Shown: positions 38,382 through 47,425 of the stretch, piece after piece
Layout of the letters: every line of letters starts with the position of its first letter
Position numbering within the stretch: position 1 is the stretch's first letter
NCBI GenBank assembly: GCA_965279375.1
Contig: OZ257156.1
Span: 5,216,001 to 5,280,000 of the forward strand
Reading direction: 5' to 3'
From: Gemmatimonas sp.
Lineage (GTDB): Bacteria > Gemmatimonadota > Gemmatimonadetes > Gemmatimonadales > Gemmatimonadaceae
DNA length: 64,000 nucleotides
Position numbers and translations under genes: made by a program
Notes under the pieces: generated by a model
What the model was told of the DNA's origin: nothing
The model's database searches: none
Seen by the model: only the letters and a program-made list of their open reading frames with translations

Positions 38382-39461
38382 TCAGTCGCCGAAGCTGATG
38401 CCGATCATGCGCGCGGCCTGCACGACGTCGTGCGCCGGATCGACACGCTTGGTCTCCGCCAGTACCTCTTCGATCGGAATCGTGACGAGATGCGGCGACT
38501 GCAGGGCGACCATGTGCCCCCAGCGCTTGTCCGCGATCGCCTGCACGGCCGCCGCGCCGAAGCGCGTCGCCAGCAAGCGGTCGTAGCCCGTTGGCGCGCC
38601 ACCACGCTGCAGGTGACCCAGCACCATGGAGCGAGTTTCCTTGCCGGTGCGCTGCTGAATGTCATAGCCCAGACGCTCGGCGATCCCCCCGAGACGGCGG
38701 TCCTGACCGGGGAGCGAGGCACCGATGATGGAGTTGGTCCCACCGCGCGGCTTGGCGCCCTCGGCGACGACCACGATGCTGAAGCGGCGACCGGCCGCAT
38801 CGCGCGCCATGATCTTCTCGCACACGGCCTCGATGTCCCACTCGATTTCGGGAATGAGGATGACGTCGGCCGTGCCGGCGACACCGGCGTGCAGCGCGAT
38901 AAAGCCCGCGTCGCGCCCCATCACCTCCAGCACCATCACCCGGTCATGCGACTCCGCCGTGGTGTGCAGCTTGTCGATCGCTTCGAGGGCCGTGTTGACG
39001 GCGGTGTCGAAGCCGAACGTGGTCACCGTGCAGGCGACGTCGTTGTCGATGGTCTTGGGCACGCTGACGATGCGCATTCCCTTGGCCGCGAGCTGCGACG
39101 CGATCTTGAGGGAGCCGTCGCCACCGATGGAGATGATCGCTTCGATGCCCAGGTTTCGGGCGTTCTCGACGAGTTCATCGGAGCGATCGATCTCCTTGTA
39201 CGTCCCGTCGCGCTGGAGAATCGGATACGCGAATGGGCTTCCACGATTGGTGGTGCGCAGGATGGTGCCGCCGGTGCCGGCGATCCCGCTGACGCTTTCT
39301 GCCGTGAGCGGAATGACTTCGTCTTCGCCGAGGAGCCCGGCGTAACCGCGCTTGATGCCGAGTACGTCCCAGCCGCGGGAGCGGGCAGAGAGGACAGCGG
39401 CACGGATAACGGCGTTGAGTCCGGGGGCGTCACCGCCACCGGTTGAAAGTGCAATGCGCAT
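38382..39461 (-). CDS. pfkA: 6-phosphofructokinase (probably ATP-dependent)
   Basis: TGGGDAPGLNA, GGTIL, IGGDGS, PKTIDND, EVMGR, LGHLQRGG. Confidence 0.95.
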   Translation of the reverse strand: MRIALSTGGGDAPGLNAVIRAAVLSARSRGWDVLGIKRGYAGLLGEDEVIPLTAESVSGIAGTGGTILRTTNRGSPFAYPILQRDGTYKEIDRSDELVENARNLGIEAIISIGGDGSLKIASQLAAKGMRIVSVPKTIDNDVACTVTTFGFDTAVNTALEAIDKLHTTAESHDRVMVLEVMGRDAGFIALHAGVAGTADVILIPEIEWDIEAVCEKIMARDAAGRRFSIVVVAEGAKPRGGTNSIIGASLPGQDRRLGGIAERLGYDIQQRTGKETRSMVLGHLQRGGAPTGYDRLLATRFGAAAVQAIADKRWGHMVALQSPHLVTIPIEEVLAETKRVDPAHDVVQAARMIGISFGD

Positions 39462-39541
39462 GTCGGATGGTGCGTGTGTTGGAGGCTTCGTAGGGCCTTG
39501 GCGTGAGTTTGAATCAATGTACCGCAGGGACGGCCCGCCGC

Positions 39542-39892
39542 TCAGGGGAGGGACGAACCGGGAGGCCGTACGGCGACGCCAGCGGCGGCCGCCAGCTGGC
39601 GCACGATGGTGTCCTGGTAGGCCGCGGCGGCACGCAGCGAGTCGATCTGCGCCTGAAGGTCCGCGTTCTCCTCGCGCAGCTGCACGACCATGTTCCCTAT
39701 GTCGATGACGGCCTGACTGGTGGACATGTCACCACCCCCGCTGGGCAGTCCTTTGCACGAGGCGACGAGCGGGCCGAGCAGCAGCAGCGCGATCCACGGC
39801 GCGCGCCCGCGATGCACGCCGCTGTGCGTTCCGTTGGCCGAGGCATCGGCCGGGAGGGTGCCGGCCGCGGACGTGCGCGCGATAGGGTGCAT
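39542..39892 (-). CDS. Small hypothetical lipoprotein with coiled coil
   Basis: Hydrophobic stretch ending LVASC; QLREENADLQAQIDSLR. Start uncertain. Confidence 0.65.
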   Translation of the reverse strand: MHPIARTSAAGTLPADASANGTHSGVHRGRAPWIALLLLGPLVASCKGLPSGGGDMSTSQAVIDIGNMVVQLREENADLQAQIDSLRAAAAYQDTIVRQLAAAAGVAVRPPGSSLP

Positions 39893-39977
39893 GGAATTGC
39901 TCGGTGGCGCGGCGTTTCGATGATGAGGCGCAGGGGGTGCGGTGTGATATAGCCAGCAACCCCAGCGGACGGAACGT

Positions 39978-40424
39978 ATGACAGTCTTGCAGCGCCCCCC
40001 TCGCGCGCGCCGTGGCTACACGCTTGTCGAACAGCTGGTGCTGCTCGCGCTGAGCGGCACGCTGCTCGGGCTGGGTGTGGTCGGCGGAGGCCGCCTGCTG
40101 GACGCAGCCGCGGTGCGATCGGCGGCGAGCGACGTGGCTGACGTATTCGCCGTCGCGCGCGATCAGGCAACGGCAACCGGACAGCGGACGGCGGTGCGGA
40201 TCAGCGCGCCGGAGGGGCGAGTCGTGGTCCACGCCGACATCGACACGTTGTTGAGGCTCGAGCTGCTGTCGACGCGCGGAATATCGGTGGAGACGACGCG
40301 CGATTCGATGGCCTACAGCGCGTCAGGGCTGGGCTACGGCGCGTCGAACCTGCGTGTGGTGGTGCGGCGCGGGAGCAGCGCCGACACGGTGTCGGTGTCG
40401 CGTTTGGGGCGCGTCCGCCGATGA
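39978..40424 (+). CDS. Prepilin-type (GspH/FimT-like) protein
   Basis: RRG/YTLVE class III signal and hydrophobic helix; ARDQA; C-terminal VSRLGRVR. Confidence 0.85.
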   Translation: MTVLQRPPRARRGYTLVEQLVLLALSGTLLGLGVVGGGRLLDAAAVRSAASDVADVFAVARDQATATGQRTAVRISAPEGRVVVHADIDTLLRLELLSTRGISVETTRDSMAYSASGLGYGASNLRVVVRRGSSADTVSVSRLGRVRR

Positions 40425-40459
40425 ACTCGGAGACTCGACGCGCGCCCAACCCGGTTGGC

Positions 40460-41680
40460 CTATGCGCTTTCGGGCAGCGCGATGTCTGGCTGCGCGACGG
40501 CGGCAGTGGTGCCGAAGTCGAAGCCAGGCACGGAGACGCGCGGAATCTCCTGACCAATGGTGCGTTCGATGGTGCGCACCATGCCGATCTCTTCGGCCGA
40601 CATGAACGTGTACGCGTCGCCGGTGGAGGCGGCGCGTCCCGTGCGGCCGATGCGATGCACGTAGTCTTCCGGCTGCTGCGGCACGTCGTAGTTGATCACG
40701 TGCGTGATGCCGGAGATATCGAGACCGCGTTGCGCGATGTCGGTTGCCACCAGTACGCGCAGCTTGCCGCTCTTGAAGTCTTCGAGCGCCTGCATGCGTT
40801 GCTGCTGCGACTTGTCGGCGTGCATCGCGCCGGCGTCGATACCCGCCTGCTCGAGGTCACGCACGACGCGATCGGCGCCCGACTTGGTGCGTGTGAACAC
40901 CAGCACGGAGTCGTGGTGCTTGGCCGACAGCAGGTGCACGAGCAGTTCGTTCTTGCGCTGACGCGGGACCGGATAAACGGCGTGCGTGACGGTCGTTGCT
41001 GCAGAGGAACGACGTCCCACCTGCACGACGACGGGCTTGCGCAGATACTTGCGCGCGAGCGCTTCGACTTCGGGGGGCATGGTCGCGCTGAAGAGCAACG
41101 TCTGGCGATAGCGCGGAATCTGTTCGACGATGCGATTGAGTTGCGGCGCAAAACCCATGTCGAGCATGCGATCCGCTTCATCAAGCACGAGCGTCTCGAG
41201 ATACGAGAAGTCCACGTTCCGCTTCTCGAGGTGATCGAGCAGTCGGCCCGGGGTGGCGACGACCGCATCGACGCCGGCACGCAGCGCCTTTTCCTGCGGC
41301 TCGTAGCCCACGCCACCGAAGACGGGGATGACGTCGATTGGCGCGTACTTGGAATACTTGCGGAAGCTTTCCTCCACCTGCAGGCACAGCTCGCGCGTGG
41401 GAGTGAGAATCAGCACGCGTGTGCGCCGTGGTCCTCCCAGCAGGCGATTGACGATCGGCAGCGTGAAGCTGGCGGTCTTGCCCGTTCCGGTTTGCGCGAG
41501 GCCGATGAGGTCGCGCCCCTTGAGCGCGATGGGTATGGCTTCGCGCTGGATCGGCGTCGGGAAGTTGTACCCTGCGTCGCGGAGTGCGTCGAGCAGAGGC
41601 TGGGCGAGGCCCAGTTGGGCGAAGGTCGTGTCCTCGCCGGGTGCGAGTTCAATCGCGGAGTCGTTCGCGGGTGCAGTCAT
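40460..41680 (-). CDS. DEAD-box RNA helicase (RhlE-like)
   Basis: Q motif PTPIQ, AQTGTGKT, PTREL, TPGR, DEAD, SAT, QRGLD, HRIGRTGR. Confidence 0.96.
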   Translation of the reverse strand: MTAPANDSAIELAPGEDTTFAQLGLAQPLLDALRDAGYNFPTPIQREAIPIALKGRDLIGLAQTGTGKTASFTLPIVNRLLGGPRRTRVLILTPTRELCLQVEESFRKYSKYAPIDVIPVFGGVGYEPQEKALRAGVDAVVATPGRLLDHLEKRNVDFSYLETLVLDEADRMLDMGFAPQLNRIVEQIPRYRQTLLFSATMPPEVEALARKYLRKPVVVQVGRRSSAATTVTHAVYPVPRQRKNELLVHLLSAKHHDSVLVFTRTKSGADRVVRDLEQAGIDAGAMHADKSQQQRMQALEDFKSGKLRVLVATDIAQRGLDISGITHVINYDVPQQPEDYVHRIGRTGRAASTGDAYTFMSAEEIGMVRTIERTIGQEIPRVSVPGFDFGTTAAVAQPDIALPESA

Positions 41681-41790
41681 ATGTGTGCGGGAAAGCTAAT
41701 GCGCGCCGCGCGCCGCGATGTGGATCGGGGCGTCGGTGATGCGGGAGTGCGTGTGGGGCGGCTGCGTGCGCATCCGCCGCGACAGCCGTC

Positions 41791-42945
41791 TCAGATCAGT
41801 TCGATCTGGCGTCCGGCAAGCCGAGCGATCAAGCCGAGCCGGAGGGTGACGTCGATGGAGGCACTGTCAGCGAGCCCGTCGCGGGCGCTGAGCGGCATGA
41901 CCGGCCACGACCACGACGGAACGTGTTCAGGCATGACGACGGAGCGCGGCGGATGCCAGATGCCTTTCCGATCGCGGTCGTCGAGCAGGCGATCGAACAG
42001 TCGCATCCATCCTTCGTGCTTCTTGAGGAAGCCGAGCCTGGCCATGATCTCGAGCCAAGCGAGGGAGGACGGCATGTCGGCGTCCATGACGTTGCGCGTC
42101 GGCAGGAAATCGCCGAGTGCGAGGTGCGGCTGTTCGATGAGATGGACGCCTACCTGTTGCACCGCCTGCTGGCGGGGCCAGGGCTGGGTGAGGTAGGTGA
42201 AGAGGCGATCCATGACTTCGTGGTGCTCGCTGCGGAACTGCGGCATGTGCGCGAGCATGAGCAGCGTATGGAACGACGGAGCAGCGACTTCAGCGGCGAG
42301 GACGTGTTGGTTGCCGAGCCTGAGCCACGGCTTGGTGGCGAGCGGCGAGCGCAGGTATGCGCCCACACGATCGGTGAGGCGGCGGGCAGCACCGCGGAGT
42401 CGCGGGTCGCTTTCGTAGCCGGCCGTGGCGAGCGCGGCGGCAGCAGCTTCGCGGAGAATCAGGCGCCCGCGCTTGACGAGATCTTCGTCCGTGGCGGTCG
42501 CGCCCAGCTCGGCGAGGTACGCGGGATCGTTGTCTTCGGCGAGGAGTCGGAAGAGGAGGCGCTTGGTGGTGGCGAGCGCGGGGCTTTCCGGGTCCCAGCC
42601 GAGTTCGATGAGGCGTCGATAGGCGAGAATCGTCCCAACGCCCGGGAGTTCATCGCCCTTTGGGACGGTGAGCATTCCGGCGGGCCACGAGCCATCGGAG
42701 TCCTGCATCAGCAGGAGGTGCCATCCCATCTTCGACGCGAAGGGGACGCGTGAGAGCGGCCCGTCCTTGGGCTGCGTCTGCGCGACGTCTACCAGTGCGC
42801 GATACTGTACCGCAGGTGGCGCATTGGTGAGGAGCCAATTCAGCGCGAACGTGGTCGGCGCAGCCGGTGCAGGCGCGGACAACGAGGTCGGCGGCACGAG
42901 CATGTTCGGGAACGACAGGCCGGGTATCGAGGTCGGGAGGGTCAC
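41791..42945 (-). CDS. Hypothetical all-alpha protein with a QW-like motif
   Basis: LLLMQDSDGSW resembles a prenyltransferase/squalene-cyclase repeat; GC3 bias supports this strand. Start may be 42903. Confidence 0.7.
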   Translation of the reverse strand: MTLPTSIPGLSFPNMLVPPTSLSAPAPAAPTTFALNWLLTNAPPAVQYRALVDVAQTQPKDGPLSRVPFASKMGWHLLLMQDSDGSWPAGMLTVPKGDELPGVGTILAYRRLIELGWDPESPALATTKRLLFRLLAEDNDPAYLAELGATATDEDLVKRGRLILREAAAAALATAGYESDPRLRGAARRLTDRVGAYLRSPLATKPWLRLGNQHVLAAEVAAPSFHTLLMLAHMPQFRSEHHEVMDRLFTYLTQPWPRQQAVQQVGVHLIEQPHLALGDFLPTRNVMDADMPSSLAWLEIMARLGFLKKHEGWMRLFDRLLDDRDRKGIWHPPRSVVMPEHVPSWSWPVMPLSARDGLADSASIDVTLRLGLIARLAGRQIELI

Positions 42946-43163
42946 TGAAGCGCTATTCTACCCCATCCGGTGTATTCCGCTAGAGGCGACGGGCCGCTGA
43001 ACCCACCGAGATTCACGACTCGTGTCAAGATCAGCACGTTCGGTCATATTGCTGAGTTCGCCTCTAACGCTTTTGTTGCCCGCTGCGTCTACATCTCTGA
43101 GTGTGTGCAGCCACGCGGATGCGCGGTATGCCGCACGGAACGCCCACCACCGGACTCCTCCCC

Positions 43164-43553
43164 ATGAAGAATTCCCTTCGCATTCTCGTTGCAGTTGCCT
43201 CGCTCGCAGTCGCAGCGCCGGCCTACGCCCAGGGTGGCGGTGGTGGTGGCGGCGGTGGCATGGGTGGCCCGCGCATGAGCCCCGAAGAGCGCAAGGCCAA
43301 GATGTTCGAAGGCATCACGCTGACCGCCGACCAGCAGACCAAGATCGACACCGCCATGGCGCAGTCGGCCAAGAAGCAGGCGGAACTGCGCGCGTCGATG
43401 CAGGCGGGCGGCGATCGTCAGGCGATGATGGGTCAGATGCGTGACATCCAGACCGAGCAGACGAAGGCCATCAAGGCCGTGCTCACTGCGGAACAGGCCG
43501 TGATCTTCGACAAGAACATGGAAGCGCTGCAGCCGCGCCGCCCGGGCAACTGA
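43164..43553 (+). CDS. Periplasmic Spy/CpxP-like (LTxxQ) protein
   Basis: Signal peptide PAYA-Q; LTADQ and LTAEQ motifs; Met/Gln-rich helices. Confidence 0.8.
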   Translation: MKNSLRILVAVASLAVAAPAYAQGGGGGGGGGMGGPRMSPEERKAKMFEGITLTADQQTKIDTAMAQSAKKQAELRASMQAGGDRQAMMGQMRDIQTEQTKAIKAVLTAEQAVIFDKNMEALQPRRPGN

Positions 43554-43614
43554 GCATCGCGACCGAGCACGCGTAGCCGATCGAATCGCGACACGCGCAT
43601 CGATCGCTAGGCAG

Positions 43615-43644
43615 AACGGGGACGCCATCTGGCGTCCCCGTTTG
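43615..43644 (+). terminator. Intrinsic terminator
   Basis: aacggggacgcc-atct-ggcgtccccgtt perfect 12-bp stem followed by a T-rich stretch. Confidence 0.75.
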
Positions 43645-43747
43645 CGTTCGTGTGCTTGTCCCCGTTCGACGTCGGGTCAAGATTCCGAAACGACATGCGC
43701 GCGCCCGCTCCCTTCCCGACCGACGGTACGTCGGACTCCCGCCCGTA

Positions 43748-44632
43748 GTGCGCGGCGAATTCATCGACCTCGGTGGGGTGCGCCTGTACTGCTACGCGTT
43801 CGGTTCGCGTGGCGCGGGCGACCCGATCGTCCTGGTCCACGGGGCGTTCACGTCCTCGCATCTGTGGCAGGACCTGCTGCCGCGACTGCCCAAGGGACAT
43901 CGCGTCCTCGTACTCGACCTGCTCGGACACGGGCGCAGCGATCCCCCGGCTGACGCGTCGATGACCGTTGGAGCGCATGCGGATCGATTGGCGGCACTCC
44001 TCGACGTGCTCGGCGTGCAGCGCGCGTCCATCGTTGGTCATGGGATGGGTGCCGCGATTGCCGCCTGCGTCGCCCATCGTCGCCCCGAGCAGGTCGGCGG
44101 ACTCGTGCTGGTGAATCCGAGCATGCTCGGTCGCGAGCGTCGCGATACGCGCGTCTTCGGTCGACTCGCGCGCCTGGCGCTGTTGGTACCGTTGTGGCGG
44201 CGATTGGCGCCGGCATGGCTGGCCTCGACGCTGCACTCCGCGCTGCTCCCTGCCTTCGCACAGCGGAGCAACGGCGCACACTCACTCGATCTTTACCTCA
44301 AGCACTTTCGTTCACGCGACGGTCGCGACGCCGCGTGCGCACAGCTGCGCGGGTTCGGCGGATCGAGCGCCGACTCCCCCTCCGCCCTTGCAGCCGGCGC
44401 GCTGCGTTGCCCCGTCGCACTCGTACTCGGCGATGCCGATCCGTTCATGTCGTCCGATCGCGCCGACCGATTGCTCGCGGCGCTCGAGGAGGCAACGACT
44501 GCGCAAGCTGTGTCGCATCGACTTGGCAGCGTGGCGCATATGGTGCCGGAGGAGGCGCCCGATGGACTGGGACAGATCGTCTGTGCACTGGTCGGTCCTG
44601 GATTGGTCGAAGAACGCGTTCCGATTCCCTGA
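43748..44632 (+). CDS. Alpha/beta-fold hydrolase (Gly at the nucleophile position)
   Basis: LVHG, DLLGHGRS, VGHGMG, GDAD, AHMVPEE. Confidence 0.88.
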   Translation: MRGEFIDLGGVRLYCYAFGSRGAGDPIVLVHGAFTSSHLWQDLLPRLPKGHRVLVLDLLGHGRSDPPADASMTVGAHADRLAALLDVLGVQRASIVGHGMGAAIAACVAHRRPEQVGGLVLVNPSMLGRERRDTRVFGRLARLALLVPLWRRLAPAWLASTLHSALLPAFAQRSNGAHSLDLYLKHFRSRDGRDAACAQLRGFGGSSADSPSALAAGALRCPVALVLGDADPFMSSDRADRLLAALEEATTAQAVSHRLGSVAHMVPEEAPDGLGQIVCALVGPGLVEERVPIP

Positions 44633-44656
44633 TTTTCACCGAGGTACCGTAGCACC

Positions 44657-44974
44657 ATGACGTCACGTCTCGAAATCATGCGCATCATGGCAGCCAAGCA
44701 ACCGGACAATCCGCTGGCGCGCTTCGGTTACGCGAACGAACTACTGAAGGAAGGGCTGCATGCCGACGCCGAAGTGGAGTTGGCGGCATATCTCGCGCGC
44801 TACGACGACGAAGGCAACGGGTGGTTACGCTACGCCGATGTGCTGAAGCAGCTGGACCGTGAGGCCGACGCGCGTGCGGCGATCGACAAGGGAAAGGCGG
44901 CTGCAGTGCGCTTCGGGCATGGTGCCCTCGTGAGCGAGATGGACGCGCGTCTCGAGGAGTGGGACGACGCGTAG
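44657..44974 (+). CDS. Small TPR-like protein
   Basis: PDNPLARFGYANEL, helical repeats, HGALVSEM. Confidence 0.78.
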   Translation: MTSRLEIMRIMAAKQPDNPLARFGYANELLKEGLHADAEVELAAYLARYDDEGNGWLRYADVLKQLDREADARAAIDKGKAAAVRFGHGALVSEMDARLEEWDDA

Positions 44975-45000
44975 CGACTGACGGCGTGCGTCTGCCGAGC

Positions 45001-47418
45001 CTAGAGTCGGCGCAACTCGTCGGCCGCGCTGACCGCGTGACCGATGTCGCGCGAGATCGCGCGCGCTTCCTGCGTCGCACTCGTGACATCGCTGAGCGCC
45101 GCACCGACGCCCATCGTGCGAAGCTTCACCATGTCGAGCCGCAGCGAGCGCATCGCAACCGACGCGCTTTCGAGTTGACGCTGCATCGCGTCGCGGCGCG
45201 TGACGAGCTCGTTGAGCGAGTCGCGTTGACGCGTGAGCAATGACAACCGCCGCTCCCGATCGGGTGCGGACTCCGGCTCGGCGCTGACGACGGCGATGCG
45301 TTGTTCGAGTTGCGTGAGCGCATCGGTCGGCAGATCGCGTTGCAGGCGCTCCAGTCCGCTCGCCAGGGCACCGATGCGTTCCATCAATGCGTCGGCCGTG
45401 GGCTCGACGTCGGGAACCATCGCACGGTCTGCGTCCGTGAGCTTGAGTGACGCATCGCGAATCGTCATCCGATCGTCGACCGCCGATCGCACGTGTTCGC
45501 CGTACGGCGAAGCCAGCACGGCGCTGCCGGCGACACGATCGATCTCTTCACGCAGCCGCAGGTCGCGTGGGCGATCATCGGGGACTTCCAACAGTGCTTG
45601 CCAGCCGCGTCCCAGGGCAGCGGTGGGTGCGACACCGAGTCGTCGCAAGCGCAGCCCAGCGACGATGGACATCTGCAGCGCTCCTAGGCTGACGAGCAAC
45701 GAGCCGATGAACGGCACGATCATCGGATTGATGTTCAGCGTGCCGCCGATGAGAAAGCTGCCCGCAGCGACTGCGGCCGCGCCCGCCGCGACCTTCACGC
45801 GTCGACGGAACGATGAGACCGCCTCGGCGATACGCTTGGGCTTCGAGATACCCGTGCTCGCATCGAGTGCATTCGGCTCACCTTCCACATCGGCTGCACC
45901 GATCACCTGCGAGAAACGCGCGCCGCGGCGGCGCAGGCGTGCCCACTGACCGAGCAGTCCCATGCTCATGCCGAATGCGGGGAAGATCACCCACGGGAAC
46001 TGTCGACTGGTCAGCAGGTTGATCGTGCCCAGAAAACCGAGGAGCATGCCCGTGGACACGAGGCTCTGTCGAAAGCGCAGGATCTGTTCGCTGAGCGGAC
46101 GCGCGTCATCGCGTCCCCACTGACTCATGGCGCCGGCCATGCCGCCCGCCATGCCACCAGCCATACGTCCCGCCTGCGCAACCTCGCGCATGTCGGAGCG
46201 GAGCTGTTGTCGCACGTCCTTTCGCTGCTCCTTCACGGCTCGGCGCCACTCGCGATACTCCTCGCGACTCGCGTTTGGCGACAACGGCGGTAGCGGCGGC
46301 AGCGGCATCATGGGATACGCACTGGCTGGCTCCGGCGCCTCGAGCGCGCGCGGGTTCCAATCTTCGGCGCGATGCCCGTGCTTCTCCATGTAGTCACGGC
46401 GCGCGCGTTCGTCACGCTCGGCCTGATACGGATCGTACGACGGCGCGCGCGACGGCGCGGCCTGTCGCGGGGGCGCGATCGCGAGTGATCCATCGCGTTG
46501 CACCCGTCGGAGGGCGTCGCGCAGCACCATCGCGCTGTCGAAGCGGTCGGCAGGACGTTTCGCGAGGCACTTTTCGAGAATCTCGACGAGCGCACGCGGC
46601 GCGTCGGGGCGCGTGCTCCAGATGGGCGTCGGCGTTTCGCTCACGTGTGCCAGCAGCATCGCCGGCGTGGACGTCGCCAGGAACGGCAGCCGACCGGCGA
46701 GCATGAGGTAGCCGACGACGCCGAGTGAGTAGACGTCGCTGCGTCCATCGACGTCCTTGTCACCCGTGGCCTGCTCGGGGCTCATGAAGGCCGGCGTTCC
46801 GACAGCGATGCCCGTCTGCGTGAGTCGTGTGCCCGTCTCTGCCGCGCGCGCGATCCCGAAGTCGGTCACCATCGCACGGCCGGACTCGCGATCGATGAGG
46901 ACGTTGTCTGGCTTGATGTCGCGATGCACGACGCCGCTGGCGTGCGCATATGCGAGCGCGTCCGCCACCTGCTCCAGCACGTGCGCGATGGACGCGAAGC
47001 TTGGCCGTTCGTCGCGCGCCACCCACGCCGCGAGACTTTCGCCTGAGACGAGCGACATCGCGAAGCAGACAATTCCCGACTTCTCGTGCACGGCGTATAT
47101 CGGCACGATATTCGGATGATTCAGTCGCGCGGCGGTCTGCGCCTCGCGCACGAATCGCTCACGCACGTCCGAGCGAAAGGCGAGGTCGGGGGGCAACACC
47201 TTGAGCGCTACGTGGCGCTGCAGGCGCACGTCTTCGGCGGCGTAGACGACGGCCATGCCACCGCGACCGACTTCGCGATCGATCAGGTACTGGTCACCAA
47301 AGGCAGCGGTGACCCGATCGCGGAGCAGTGATGCGTCGGCTTCGTCTTCGGCGCGACGCTTGGCGGCAGCGTCGCCCCTGGCGCCTCGCCCCGGAACGAC
47401 TGGCGTGACGTCCGGCAT
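45001..47418 (-). CDS. Membrane Ser/Thr protein kinase (two TM hairpins, C-terminal coiled coil)
   Basis: GRGGMA, VALK, HRDIKPDN, DFGIA, GTPAFMSPEQ, SDVYSLG. Confidence 0.95.
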   Translation of the reverse strand: MPDVTPVVPGRGARGDAAAKRRAEDEADASLLRDRVTAAFGDQYLIDREVGRGGMAVVYAAEDVRLQRHVALKVLPPDLAFRSDVRERFVREAQTAARLNHPNIVPIYAVHEKSGIVCFAMSLVSGESLAAWVARDERPSFASIAHVLEQVADALAYAHASGVVHRDIKPDNVLIDRESGRAMVTDFGIARAAETGTRLTQTGIAVGTPAFMSPEQATGDKDVDGRSDVYSLGVVGYLMLAGRLPFLATSTPAMLLAHVSETPTPIWSTRPDAPRALVEILEKCLAKRPADRFDSAMVLRDALRRVQRDGSLAIAPPRQAAPSRAPSYDPYQAERDERARRDYMEKHGHRAEDWNPRALEAPEPASAYPMMPLPPLPPLSPNASREEYREWRRAVKEQRKDVRQQLRSDMREVAQAGRMAGGMAGGMAGAMSQWGRDDARPLSEQILRFRQSLVSTGMLLGFLGTINLLTSRQFPWVIFPAFGMSMGLLGQWARLRRRGARFSQVIGAADVEGEPNALDASTGISKPKRIAEAVSSFRRRVKVAAGAAAVAAGSFLIGGTLNINPMIVPFIGSLLVSLGALQMSIVAGLRLRRLGVAPTAALGRGWQALLEVPDDRPRDLRLREEIDRVAGSAVLASPYGEHVRSAVDDRMTIRDASLKLTDADRAMVPDVEPTADALMERIGALASGLERLQRDLPTDALTQLEQRIAVVSAEPESAPDRERRLSLLTRQRDSLNELVTRRDAMQRQLESASVAMRSLRLDMVKLRTMGVGAALSDVTSATQEARAISRDIGHAVSAADELRRL

Positions 47419-47425
47419 GCGACGC

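Noticed and set aside
43231..43268. GGT/GGC microsatellite as a phase-variation tract
   Set aside because: In-frame mixed Gly codons after a signal peptide; an ordinary low-complexity linker.
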